Assembly (NCBI GenBank): GCA_965202805.1
Contig: OZ241869.1
Location: 2,272,001-2,336,000, forward strand
From: Longimicrobiales bacterium
Lineage (GTDB): Bacteria; Gemmatimonadota; Gemmatimonadetes; Longimicrobiales; Gaopeijiaceae
DNA: 64,000 nucleotides
Direction of reading: 5' to 3'
The notes under the pieces are model-generated. The model did no database searches and was not told the origin of the DNA. It saw nothing but the letters and a program-made list of their open reading frames with translations. A program made the position numbers and the translations under genes. How positions within the stretch are numbered: the first letter of the stretch is position 1; the number at the start of each line of letters is the position of its first letter. Below, piece after piece: positions 23,745 to 32,037 of this stretch.

Positions 23745-25268
23745 ATGCCGAACCTCCTGATCAGTTGGGTGGGTCAAGCTGACCTGCGCGCACCACGCGA
23801 AAGCCCTTCCGCCGGTGTGGGACCCATCGCTCAAGCTCTCACTGCGCGCTCCTATGACGCGGCGGTGTTGATCGCGGACTACCCGAAGGAAGAGGTAGCT
23901 CCGTTCCTGGATTGGCTCCGGTCTCGGAGTGAGACGGTCGTTATCGTCTGTTACGAGCCGTTGCCGGGGGGACCAACCCACTTCGGCCAGATCCACGAGG
24001 CTGTGGTCCGCGTCGTATCCGAGGCTCTCGAGCACCACGGAGAGAACGCCGGGCTCAGCTTTCATCTAAGTCCCGGGACTCCGGCCATGGCGGCCGTCTG
24101 GATCATCCTGGCGAAGACGCGCTTTCCGGCGGAACTCATCGAGTCATCGCGTGAGCATGGCGTGCGGACAGCCTCCGTCCCCTTCGACATCTCCGCCGAG
24201 TTCATCCCGGACCTCTTACGAGAGCCCGACCGGCGTCTCCAGAGCCTGACCGCCGGACTTCCGCCAGAAGCCCCGGAATTCACCGACATCATGCATCGCA
24301 GCCAGGCCATGGCCCGCGTGATCGCCAAGGCGCGTCGGGTGGCACCGCGGTCGGTTCCGGTTCTGATCGAAGGTGAATCCGGTACGGGAAAGGAGCTGCT
24401 GGCGCGGGCCATCCACCGGGCGAGCCCCAGGCGGAGCAAACCGTTCAAGGCGGTCAACTGCGGCGCGATCCCGTCGGAACTGGTTGAATCCGAACTGTTC
24501 GGCCACGAGAAGGGCGCGTTCACGGGTGCCGACAAGGCGAGAATCGGCTACTTCGAAGCCTCTCATCACGGTACGCTGTTCCTTGATGAAGTCGGCGAGC
24601 TGCCGCTTCCCGCACAGGTCAAGCTTCTTCGGACGCTTCAGGACGGGAGCGTCCTGCGTGTCGGTTCAACGACGCCGCGCCGCGTTGATGTGCGAATCAT
24701 CGCGGCCACCAATCGGATCCTCGTCGACGAGATCGTCGCCGGACGATTCAGGGAAGATCTGTTCTACCGCCTGGCGGTGGCCGGACTCCAGCTTCCGCCC
24801 CTCAGGGAGAGACAGGGTGACCTGGGCCTTCTTCTGGATCGACTGCTTGAGCGTGTCAACGAGGAGCACGGGGAGCAACCCGGATACGAGCACAAGCAAT
24901 GTTCTGTTGGCGCAAGAAATGTTCTTCTCTCCCATCCCTGGCCGGGGAACGTGCGGGAGCTGCTGAATACGCTGCATCGGCTCGCGATCTGGACTCCGGG
25001 CGCGACGATCCGTCGTGAAGACGTGCGAGAGGCGTTGCTGCCGGTGATCGGCGACGGCGAGACACGCATCCTTGACCGACCGTTGGGCAACGGCCTGAAC
25101 CTCCGGGATTTGCTGGCGGACGTGGCCAGGCACTACCTGGCACGCGCACTCAATGAGACCCGGGGCAACAAGACGCGAGCGGCTCGCTTGTTGGGCCTTT
25201 CGAGCTACCAGACGTTGACCAACTGGCTCAAGAAGTACGAGGTGGACGGCGAGTGGCACGGGTCTTGA
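23745..25268 (+). CDS. Sigma54-dependent enhancer-binding protein with RtcR/CARF-like N-terminal domain
   Basis: Walker A GESGTGKE, intact GAFTGA (24513-24530), LFLDEVGE, FREDLFYRL, WPGNVREL, Fis HTH; N-terminus (LLISWVG..DL, HLSPGTPAMAAVW) is not a receiver domain and resembles RtcR-type sensors. Confidence 0.9.
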   Translation: MPNLLISWVGQADLRAPRESPSAGVGPIAQALTARSYDAAVLIADYPKEEVAPFLDWLRSRSETVVIVCYEPLPGGPTHFGQIHEAVVRVVSEALEHHGENAGLSFHLSPGTPAMAAVWIILAKTRFPAELIESSREHGVRTASVPFDISAEFIPDLLREPDRRLQSLTAGLPPEAPEFTDIMHRSQAMARVIAKARRVAPRSVPVLIEGESGTGKELLARAIHRASPRRSKPFKAVNCGAIPSELVESELFGHEKGAFTGADKARIGYFEASHHGTLFLDEVGELPLPAQVKLLRTLQDGSVLRVGSTTPRRVDVRIIAATNRILVDEIVAGRFREDLFYRLAVAGLQLPPLRERQGDLGLLLDRLLERVNEEHGEQPGYEHKQCSVGARNVLLSHPWPGNVRELLNTLHRLAIWTPGATIRREDVREALLPVIGDGETRILDRPLGNGLNLRDLLADVARHYLARALNETRGNKTRAARLLGLSSYQTLTNWLKKYEVDGEWHGS

Positions 25269-25269
25269 A
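25254..25269 (+). promoter_or_regulatory. Putative sigma54 (-24/-12) promoter
   Basis: TGGCACG-GGTC-TTGAA versus consensus TGGCACG-N4-TTGCW; exact spacing, about 58 bp upstream of the next gene. Confidence 0.7.
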
Positions 25270-25326
25270 CATGGGGACCGCCGGAGCACACCATCGTCCA
25301 CCCACAACCGGGAGCCTTGACATCCA

Positions 25327-28300
25327 GTGAAGCGATCTGAACTCGAATCCCGGGTGTCCGCGCTGCGGGATGCACACGGGGGGCACCAAGGCGGTTCTGC
25401 CGATGATGCTTACGGACCGTTCGTTGTTCCCCTCGCGGCGGCAATCCTGCTCCGGTGGGCGGAACACGCCGTGTCTCTCTCCCCGCGCTGGCGCGACCTT
25501 CGGGGACAGGAGTTGACCCGTTTCGTGGTGCAGGCACTTGACGCCGACCTGAAGGCTGACTTGGACCAAGAGGCACTGGATTGGTGGCTATTGTACATCG
25601 TTTTCGCGACCCACTACCTACATGGATCCCTTGCCGATTTCATCATAGACTGGGCTGTGGATTTAGATCTGGAGTCAGGTCGCAGGCGTGATGCGGCGAA
25701 CAATCCACTGGAGGGACTAATCGTCGGCTCAGCCAGCCATCTTCAACCAGGCAGAATCCTCTCCCCGGCCACGCCCAAGCCCGTCGCAAGGCTCATGGTC
25801 GATCTGGCGAATCCCCGCCCTGGAGAGCGCATTTATGATCCATGTTTCGGCCGCGGCGATCTGCTAACGGCGGCAGCCGGCAGACTCGCCGAACAGACCA
25901 GTCTCGTGCCGGAGAGCCTGGGAGATTCCAAGCAATTCTCTATTGGAGCCGGAACAGATGGTCCAGCGGTCGTGGTTGGGCTTGCCCGCATGGTTCTCGC
26001 CGGCATCGACGATCTGGGCTTCCAGTCATACGACGTGTTGAATCAGGCATCCGAGAGTGCGCCGTCTCCCGAACAGTTCGACTGCATTCTCTCCGCTCCT
26101 CCAGCGGGACGGAGGACGTGGGCGGGCGCCGCGGTCGACATCGAGACACAGGCCCTCCGGCACATGATGGCTTCTCTGCGTGAGGGCGGTCGAGCGGTCG
26201 TCGCCCTTCCCGAAGGCCTGCTGTTCAGGCGCGGCTTGGACCGCAAGGTCCGCCGGAAGCTTCTGTCCGACTTTCGGGTGAAAGGCGTGGTGTCGCTGCC
26301 GGAGGGGGCGTTCCAACCGTTCTCGAAGATCAGGAGAAGCCTGGTTCTCTTTCGCCGGGAGAAGCCCGCCCGGACGGTTCGGTTCCTCCAAGTGGAAGAA
26401 TGGCCGTCCTTTCGGCCCAACGACGCGCTTGCCCGCGAGCAAGCTCTGGAGACGGCGCGCACCGTCGCCGAAACGTTCAGGAATGGATCGTCGGACGACG
26501 ACGCGTGGGAGACACCGATTGCGAAGCTTGCGGAGCGCGGATGGGAATTAGTCGCGAAGAGAACGGGCGAAGAGAGTCTCTGCTATTCGCTCTCCGCTCT
26601 CGCCAATGAGAACGAGGGGTTCGAGGCACGACCACTCGGCGAAGTGGCGGAGATCTTCCTCGGTGTGCCCAATTGGAGCGGCACAGCTACGTCGGACAAG
26701 AATGATCCTTCCGTCGTCGCCGGCATCGTGCGTGCGGCGGACGTCGGGAAGCGACGCATCCGGAATCCGTCACGCTTCGTCACCGGCTCCCATGCAGCAA
26801 GAGTCCTTCTTGAGCATCGGTTACGGGTGGGAGACGTTCTGCTGAGTGTTTCCGGCACGGTCGGCAAGACCGGAGTCGTTTTCGAATCGTCCGATCTCGT
26901 CGGTGCGTTGGCTGCCCGCGGATTAGCCGTCATACGCCCTGGGCCGCAGGTGTCGCCGCTCTTTCTGAGACGCCTGCTGGCGTCCGAGACCTATCAGAAC
27001 TGGCTCCACGGGCATGCCCGAGGCGTATCGATCCAGCACCTCTCGGTCCAGGCCATCAGGCGTCTCCCTGTGCCCGTGCCTCGTTTGTCGATCCAAGAGC
27101 GTCTCCTTCGGCATGTATCCACACGCGACAGTGATGTACTCTCCAGATTCCGCCACATTCTTGGCGATGGCAGCTATTCGATAGATGTTTGGCTGCACGG
27201 CTCCCAAGTGCGGGCGGTACGTTCAGCTACCGATGCAGCTGACCGCCTAACACTCTTGGAGAAGACCGCGGACTCCCTCCAGGCGCTGCGGAATCAGGTG
27301 GTGCACGTTGACGGAAACGCGGAGCCGGGCCTGAATCGGTGGCTTCTGGCGCTCGCGGACTCGATGAGGACGTTCCAAGGTCTTAGCCACGTTCCCACCG
27401 GACCGGAGCGTGTGGCGATCCTCGATCGCGCGCAAGCGCGCATCGAGCGCATTCTGGCGGATCTCGTCAAGTCGTCTTCGCCAAATGCAGGCCCGGCGAG
27501 GAAGGCCACCCGCAGCATCTCCCGAATCGTTCGTTTGGAACGCGAGTCCATGCTGGAAAACGTGGAGATGGAACCGTTTGTCAGGCGGAGTTCGGTCCCG
27601 GCCGGGAAAGAAGCCGAAGTCCAGGTCTCGCTCAACAACCGGTCCCGTCTTGCCCTCCGCAACGTGTCGGTCTCGACCCGTCCGAATATCGGGGCTTCGC
27701 GCGTACCCTACCTGGCTGGTGAAAGGAAACTGAGTTTCCCTGTGCAAATTCCGGCAAGCGCGCCGGTGGGCAACTATCGGTTCCAGGTCCAGTGGCGAGC
27801 CGACCGGCTCGATGGCCAGCGGGTGCTCGGCGATGCTCCGCTCGCGGTCAGGGTCAGCGTAGCTCGAGAGACGGCTCCTCCGGGCGACCTCGGAACCAGC
27901 CCCTATATTGTCGGAAGCCCGATCGACCGGGACGAAATGTTCTTCGGTCGCGAGGACATCATCAACAAGATCCGCCGACAGCTTTCCACCCGCCACCGGG
28001 CCAACGTCGTCCTGCTGGAGGGCAACCGGAGGACGGGTAAGACCTCCATTCTCGGACGGCTACAGGCACCCGACGTGCTGCCAGGCTGGATCACGGTTAA
28101 CTGCTCGCTACAGGGAGGCGAGGGTCACGAAAGCAAGCCTGGATTGTCTACCAACGAGGTGTTCCGGCTAATGGCTCGTCATATCGGGTTGGCCGCTCAC
28201 GCCGCGGGGGTCCGCGTATGGTTACCCGACATGGATCCGCCCGACTCAAGGAAGCGGTTCAAGATCGCCTTCACCAAGGCCGTGCGGCAGGCATTCTCGG

Positions 28301-29151
28301 GTTCCCGACCCTTCGAGACGTTCGAACTCTTCCTACAGACCGTGATCGACACTGCAAAGCCTCGACGCATCCTCCTGATGCTCGACGAGTTCGACAAGCT
28401 GCAGGAGGGCATCGACAACGGCGTCACGAGCCCCCAGGTTCCCGAGAACATCCGCTATCTGTTGCACACCTATCCCGGCATATCCGCTGTACTGACCGGT
28501 TCCCGCCGTCTGAAGCGCCTTCGCGAGGAATACTGGTCCGCGCTGTTCGGACTCGGGCATCGTGTTGCCGTAAGCGAGCTTCGAGGGCGAGATGCGCGCC
28601 TGCTCGTAACTCGACCAGTGGAAGGACGACTCTCCTACGTGCCGGAGGCGAGAGACCGCGTGGTCAGTCTGTGCGCCCGGCACCCGTTCCTGATCCAATC
28701 CCTGTGCAACCGCATCTTCGACCGCGCCGCCGAGTCGGGCAGACGAGTCGTGACGGTCGGTGACGCGAACCGGGCCGCCAAGGAGATGGTGAGAGACAAC
28801 GAGCACTTCCGTACATTGTGGGACTACGCCGAAACCGAGCGGAAGAGATTTATTCTCGCATGGTGCCAGAGACTCCGAAGAGGACCGGATCCCGTTACTC
28901 TGAGCTTGCTTGAAACGAAACTCGAGGAATCAGGCGTCATCGTACCTCGCGGTCACCGTCTGGGAGACGATCTGGAGTTTCTCCGCGAACTCGAGCTCGT
29001 CAGGCTCGATAACCGGACGAGCGAGTCCGCGTACATGCTGGCGGTGCCATTGATGGGGATGTGGATCAAAGGCAGTATCGACTTTGAGAACCAGCGCCGG
29101 CGGGCGGTCCGCGAAGGCGAGGAACTGGATGATGGCGGTGAGGAATCATGA
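25327..29151 (+). CDS. Fusion protein: HsdM-like N6-methyltransferase fold (degenerate) + HsdS-like TRD + beta-sandwich + STAND/AAA ATPase
   Basis: TPKPVARLMV, IYDPCFGRGDLL, GRAVVALPEGLLFR, VVSLPEGAF (MTase); PLGEVAEI, LRVGDVLLSVSGTVGK, LPVPVPRLSIQER (TRD); SPYIVGSP..FFGRED, GNRRTGKT, LLMLDEFD (ATPase). Confidence 0.85.
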   Translation: MKRSELESRVSALRDAHGGHQGGSADDAYGPFVVPLAAAILLRWAEHAVSLSPRWRDLRGQELTRFVVQALDADLKADLDQEALDWWLLYIVFATHYLHGSLADFIIDWAVDLDLESGRRRDAANNPLEGLIVGSASHLQPGRILSPATPKPVARLMVDLANPRPGERIYDPCFGRGDLLTAAAGRLAEQTSLVPESLGDSKQFSIGAGTDGPAVVVGLARMVLAGIDDLGFQSYDVLNQASESAPSPEQFDCILSAPPAGRRTWAGAAVDIETQALRHMMASLREGGRAVVALPEGLLFRRGLDRKVRRKLLSDFRVKGVVSLPEGAFQPFSKIRRSLVLFRREKPARTVRFLQVEEWPSFRPNDALAREQALETARTVAETFRNGSSDDDAWETPIAKLAERGWELVAKRTGEESLCYSLSALANENEGFEARPLGEVAEIFLGVPNWSGTATSDKNDPSVVAGIVRAADVGKRRIRNPSRFVTGSHAARVLLEHRLRVGDVLLSVSGTVGKTGVVFESSDLVGALAARGLAVIRPGPQVSPLFLRRLLASETYQNWLHGHARGVSIQHLSVQAIRRLPVPVPRLSIQERLLRHVSTRDSDVLSRFRHILGDGSYSIDVWLHGSQVRAVRSATDAADRLTLLEKTADSLQALRNQVVHVDGNAEPGLNRWLLALADSMRTFQGLSHVPTGPERVAILDRAQARIERILADLVKSSSPNAGPARKATRSISRIVRLERESMLENVEMEPFVRRSSVPAGKEAEVQVSLNNRSRLALRNVSVSTRPNIGASRVPYLAGERKLSFPVQIPASAPVGNYRFQVQWRADRLDGQRVLGDAPLAVRVSVARETAPPGDLGTSPYIVGSPIDRDEMFFGREDIINKIRRQLSTRHRANVVLLEGNRRTGKTSILGRLQAPDVLPGWITVNCSLQGGEGHESKPGLSTNEVFRLMARHIGLAAHAAGVRVWLPDMDPPDSRKRFKIAFTKAVRQAFSGSRPFETFELFLQTVIDTAKPRRILLMLDEFDKLQEGIDNGVTSPQVPENIRYLLHTYPGISAVLTGSRRLKRLREEYWSALFGLGHRVAVSELRGRDARLLVTRPVEGRLSYVPEARDRVVSLCARHPFLIQSLCNRIFDRAAESGRRVVTVGDANRAAKEMVRDNEHFRTLWDYAETERKRFILAWCQRLRRGPDPVTLSLLETKLEESGVIVPRGHRLGDDLEFLRELELVRLDNRTSESAYMLAVPLMGMWIKGSIDFENQRRRAVREGEELDDGGEES

Positions 29152-30713
29152 ACGACCGTCCGTACCAGGTCCTGGGCGATGGCGTTCCCCGGATGCTCGG
29201 TCGCAAGCGCATCTTTCGCAAGCTTCTTGGGCATTTGCTCAAAAACACACCGGATCATGTATGCGTTGTGGGGCCAACGCTATTCGGTAAATCGGTTCTT
29301 CTGCATCACCTCAGTTCGCACTTGAAGAGCGAAGACGATCATTACCTCACCTCGGTATACTGGGATCTCCGACACGGAACGCCCAGAACGGACGCCGAGT
29401 TCAGGGAGCGTCTTGCACAACGAGTCAGAGTTGCGCTGAAACCGGTGCGTGCCGACCTCGCGGAGTACCTGGATCCCGAAGATGAAGATCCCTTCGAACT
29501 GCTCGATATCGCCTTCGAGGAAATGCAAGGTGAAGGCCTCCGCCTTCTCGCCGTGCTCGACGGATTCGATCATGTTCTTGGTGGCGGGACCATTACCAGG
29601 AATTTCTGGGACAGAATGCGCGTGCTCGCCCAGCGCGGAAGTCTTCGGCTCGTGACCGGGAGCCGAGGAAGACTCCGGGAGCTTTGCAAGAGCGAAGACT
29701 CCCGGACTTCGGACTTCTGGGAGATTTTCTTCGATACGCCGCTCCAGGTCGGTTGCTTCGAAGAAGACGACTGGGATGGTTTCCTGGAGCCGTTCGCATC
29801 GAACGGCGTTGACGTTGAGGAACCCGCACGAAAAGAGCTGGCGAACTGGACCGGAGGCGTCCCGATTCTCGCCGCTTCATTGGCACAAAGGTTAATGGAG
29901 GACAGTGCGGTCACCGACTTGGTGACAAAGCCTTTCGTAGACCGAGTAGCGGGTGCGATGGCCAATGACGCTCCCGAGTCCATCCGCCAACTGTGGGATG
30001 ATTGCCCAGTCGAAGTACAGTCCCTGTTGACGGATCTTGGCAGCGGAGAGATTCCGGTCGGCGAGGTGCCGCCTGATCGTATTCGCTTCCTCAAGAGCCG
30101 GGGCTTCGTTGAGACTTCAGGCGGAAAGCTGCGATCTGCCTGCCGGCTGATGAAGGAATTTGCCCGTCAGCGCCAAAGTGAAGTCACAACCCTTCGACGC
30201 CTATTCGGCGACGAGGATCGGTTTGAAGCAAACCTTCGAGGGTTGCTCGAACTTCGTTTGGAGGGCATCAAGAATCGAGTGGATCCGACATTGGCTGGCT
30301 ACGCACTGAAGGCGATCCGGGAACTACCCGAACCTGATCATGCGATCGTGTGGATGCGAAGCTTCTCCGAGACAGCACTTGACCTGATCTGGAATGCAGA
30401 GCTCGAGCGTGACGACTCACTGCCAGAGGCCTGGGAGACCAGTGGGATTGAATTCGACGAGCACGATCAACTGCCCGTGAGTCGCGGCAAGCAGTGTGGA
30501 ATCCTCCGCAAGGCGACCGGCTCGGCGAACACCCCCCGGGTTACCAGATTTCTGACGAAGCCAGCGTTCCTGTTGCTGGACCATCTGCACGCCGTTGGGG
30601 ACTTCGGACAGCACAGGGAAGGAGCAACGATATCCGTGCCAACAGCCGCCGCCTTTTGTCTGTCGGCGATCGAGCTTTGCGAGAGGCTGGCTTGCGATCT
30701 GCCGAGGAGGTAA
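29148..30713 (+). CDS. P-loop/STAND-like ATPase with possible C-terminal HEPN-like domain
   Basis: PY..LGR, Walker A GPTLFGKS, Walker B-like LAVLDGFD, WTGGVP helix; ATGA coupling to upstream gene. Confidence 0.8.
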   Translation: MNDRPYQVLGDGVPRMLGRKRIFRKLLGHLLKNTPDHVCVVGPTLFGKSVLLHHLSSHLKSEDDHYLTSVYWDLRHGTPRTDAEFRERLAQRVRVALKPVRADLAEYLDPEDEDPFELLDIAFEEMQGEGLRLLAVLDGFDHVLGGGTITRNFWDRMRVLAQRGSLRLVTGSRGRLRELCKSEDSRTSDFWEIFFDTPLQVGCFEEDDWDGFLEPFASNGVDVEEPARKELANWTGGVPILAASLAQRLMEDSAVTDLVTKPFVDRVAGAMANDAPESIRQLWDDCPVEVQSLLTDLGSGEIPVGEVPPDRIRFLKSRGFVETSGGKLRSACRLMKEFARQRQSEVTTLRRLFGDEDRFEANLRGLLELRLEGIKNRVDPTLAGYALKAIRELPEPDHAIVWMRSFSETALDLIWNAELERDDSLPEAWETSGIEFDEHDQLPVSRGKQCGILRKATGSANTPRVTRFLTKPAFLLLDHLHAVGDFGQHREGATISVPTAAAFCLSAIELCERLACDLPRR

Positions 30714-30792
30714 GGTGTCGGCAGCGCTCCGTACGATCTTGCCGTCAGCCCGCGCAACCTCAGCCCCCCGGACGCGATGGGGAGCCGGAGGT

Positions 30793-31248
30793 TCAGGCCA
30801 GCAGCGCCTCTCCCCTCCGGAGCGGATCCCGGATGCGCAGTTCCGGGAAGAGCATGAAGTCCCGGTCCCGGGACAGGAGAACCTCGACCCCGTGCGCGAC
30901 GCAGATCGCGGCGACCCGCGCGTCGTGCACCACGCCCCCGTGCACGCGCGGGCGCCGGATGAAGGGTCTCAGCGTGGCGGGAAAGTCGTCGGTTTCGCCG
31001 ATCAGGCGATTCGATGGCGACGCGGCCCATGCTTCCAACTGTCGCCACGCCCGGTCCGAGGTGCTCGCCTCCTCCTTCCGTATTCGGCGGTTGGTGACCA
31101 CGCTCAGGAACTCGAAGCAGCAGGGCCAGGGGATGGCCCACGGGTGGCGCCCCTCCGCCAGCCTTCGCATGATCTCCCGAGCGGTCGCGTGCACCCGCGA
31201 TTCCCGGCGGTGCGCTTAGACCAGCACGCTGGTGTCTACGGCGATCAC
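30793..31248 (-). pseudogene. vapC: VapC/PIN toxin with premature TAA stop
   Basis: VIAVDTSVLV*AHRRE (TAA at 31216-31218 where Y is expected), EFLSVVTN, VHDARVAAI, LLSRDRDF. Confidence 0.85.
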
Positions 31249-31434
31249 CGGCGTCGACGGGCCGGCGCCGATGATGACGGCCTGTCCCGGTCGTCGTAGA
31301 TGATGTCGCGCAGGTCCTGCCACGAGTAGTCTTCGAGCGGATCGCGAGCACCCGCGCGGCCGACGCTCAGATCGGGAAGCTCGTAGCGAGGAGGAGGTCT
31401 TGATGCGGCAAGCGCGAGGCGGAGGCCTGCCCAT
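31245..31434 (-). pseudogene. Truncated VapB-type antitoxin remnant
   Basis: C-terminal segment AGLRLALAA..YELPDLSVG..SWQDLRDIIY with its stop overlapping the vapC GTG; no in-frame start, DNA-binding N-terminus absent. Confidence 0.6.
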
Positions 31435-31461
31435 ATCCTATAATATGGGCAACCCATATCC
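31429..31461. promoter_or_regulatory. Alternating-palindrome operator containing TATAAT
   Basis: GCCCATAT-N6-ATATGGGC and ATATGGG-CAA-CCCATAT; TATAAT at 31439-31444 (+). Confidence 0.55.
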
Positions 31462-31484
31462 CGGTAATCCAAGGAGTTGACGCC

Positions 31485-32024
31485 GTGCCAAATGGAGGTT
31501 CGGACTGCTGCGGCACCTGTTGGTTCAACCGCGCAAACGGAGGGAGGATGGGAAGCTCCCGTCATGACGATTCCATCCCGAGCCATTGCGAGATCAGGGA
31601 TCTGGCGATCGAGGATCCCTTTTATACCTACTGCTCGAATCATCCGTACCGGATGCAACGGCGGGTCCCGGTGCCCCTGGGCCCGGTGTACGTCCATGTC
31701 GATGAGTCGTTCGAGCGCGACGGAGAGACCTACTACACGCACGGGCGCGAGATCTGGGTGCATGCGCCCGACACCGACGAGGTTCGCAGCCAACTCCTTC
31801 GACTCCTGGAGGAGCCCGGCAGCGCGTCCGATCACTACCCGTTCTACGGTGACGACCTGTTGGGAGTCGTCGTTGACGAACTCGAGAGACTCCGCGAGCC
31901 GCGTGCCGTCTCCATCCTGGAGCGCGTTGCGGAAGAGGTCCGGGGGCACGAGGAGGCCTCCGAAGGCGTTCGGGACGCGCTCGCGAGGATTCGCAAGGCG
32001 GTCGAGGCGCCTCGGGGCGGATGA
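31485..32024 (+). CDS. Cys-rich (putative Zn-binding) hypothetical protein with helical tail
   Basis: AAGGAG RBS, GTG start, CCGTCWFN...C...C..H pattern. Confidence 0.7.
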   Translation: MPNGGSDCCGTCWFNRANGGRMGSSRHDDSIPSHCEIRDLAIEDPFYTYCSNHPYRMQRRVPVPLGPVYVHVDESFERDGETYYTHGREIWVHAPDTDEVRSQLLRLLEEPGSASDHYPFYGDDLLGVVVDELERLREPRAVSILERVAEEVRGHEEASEGVRDALARIRKAVEAPRGG

Positions 32025-32037
32025 CCGGGAGGACCCT

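Noticed and set aside
25327..29151. Ordinary type I or IIG restriction-modification system
   Set aside because: No HsdR helicase motifs or PD-(D/E)xK nuclease recognised, the MTase catalytic motif is degenerate, and the ATPase is STAND-like.
23626..30790. Integrative element or att sites around the defence-like block
   Set aside because: No integrase, tRNA or flanking direct repeat was found by eye; only a composition shift.
31216..31218. Programmed readthrough or recoding of the vapC stop
   Set aside because: The codon is TAA (not Sec/Pyl) and the antitoxin is also broken; pseudogenisation is simpler.
31477..32037. N-terminal extension of the 952-aa peptidase ORF
   Set aside because: Overlaps the Cys-rich gene; the RBS and lipobox support a start at or after 32038.
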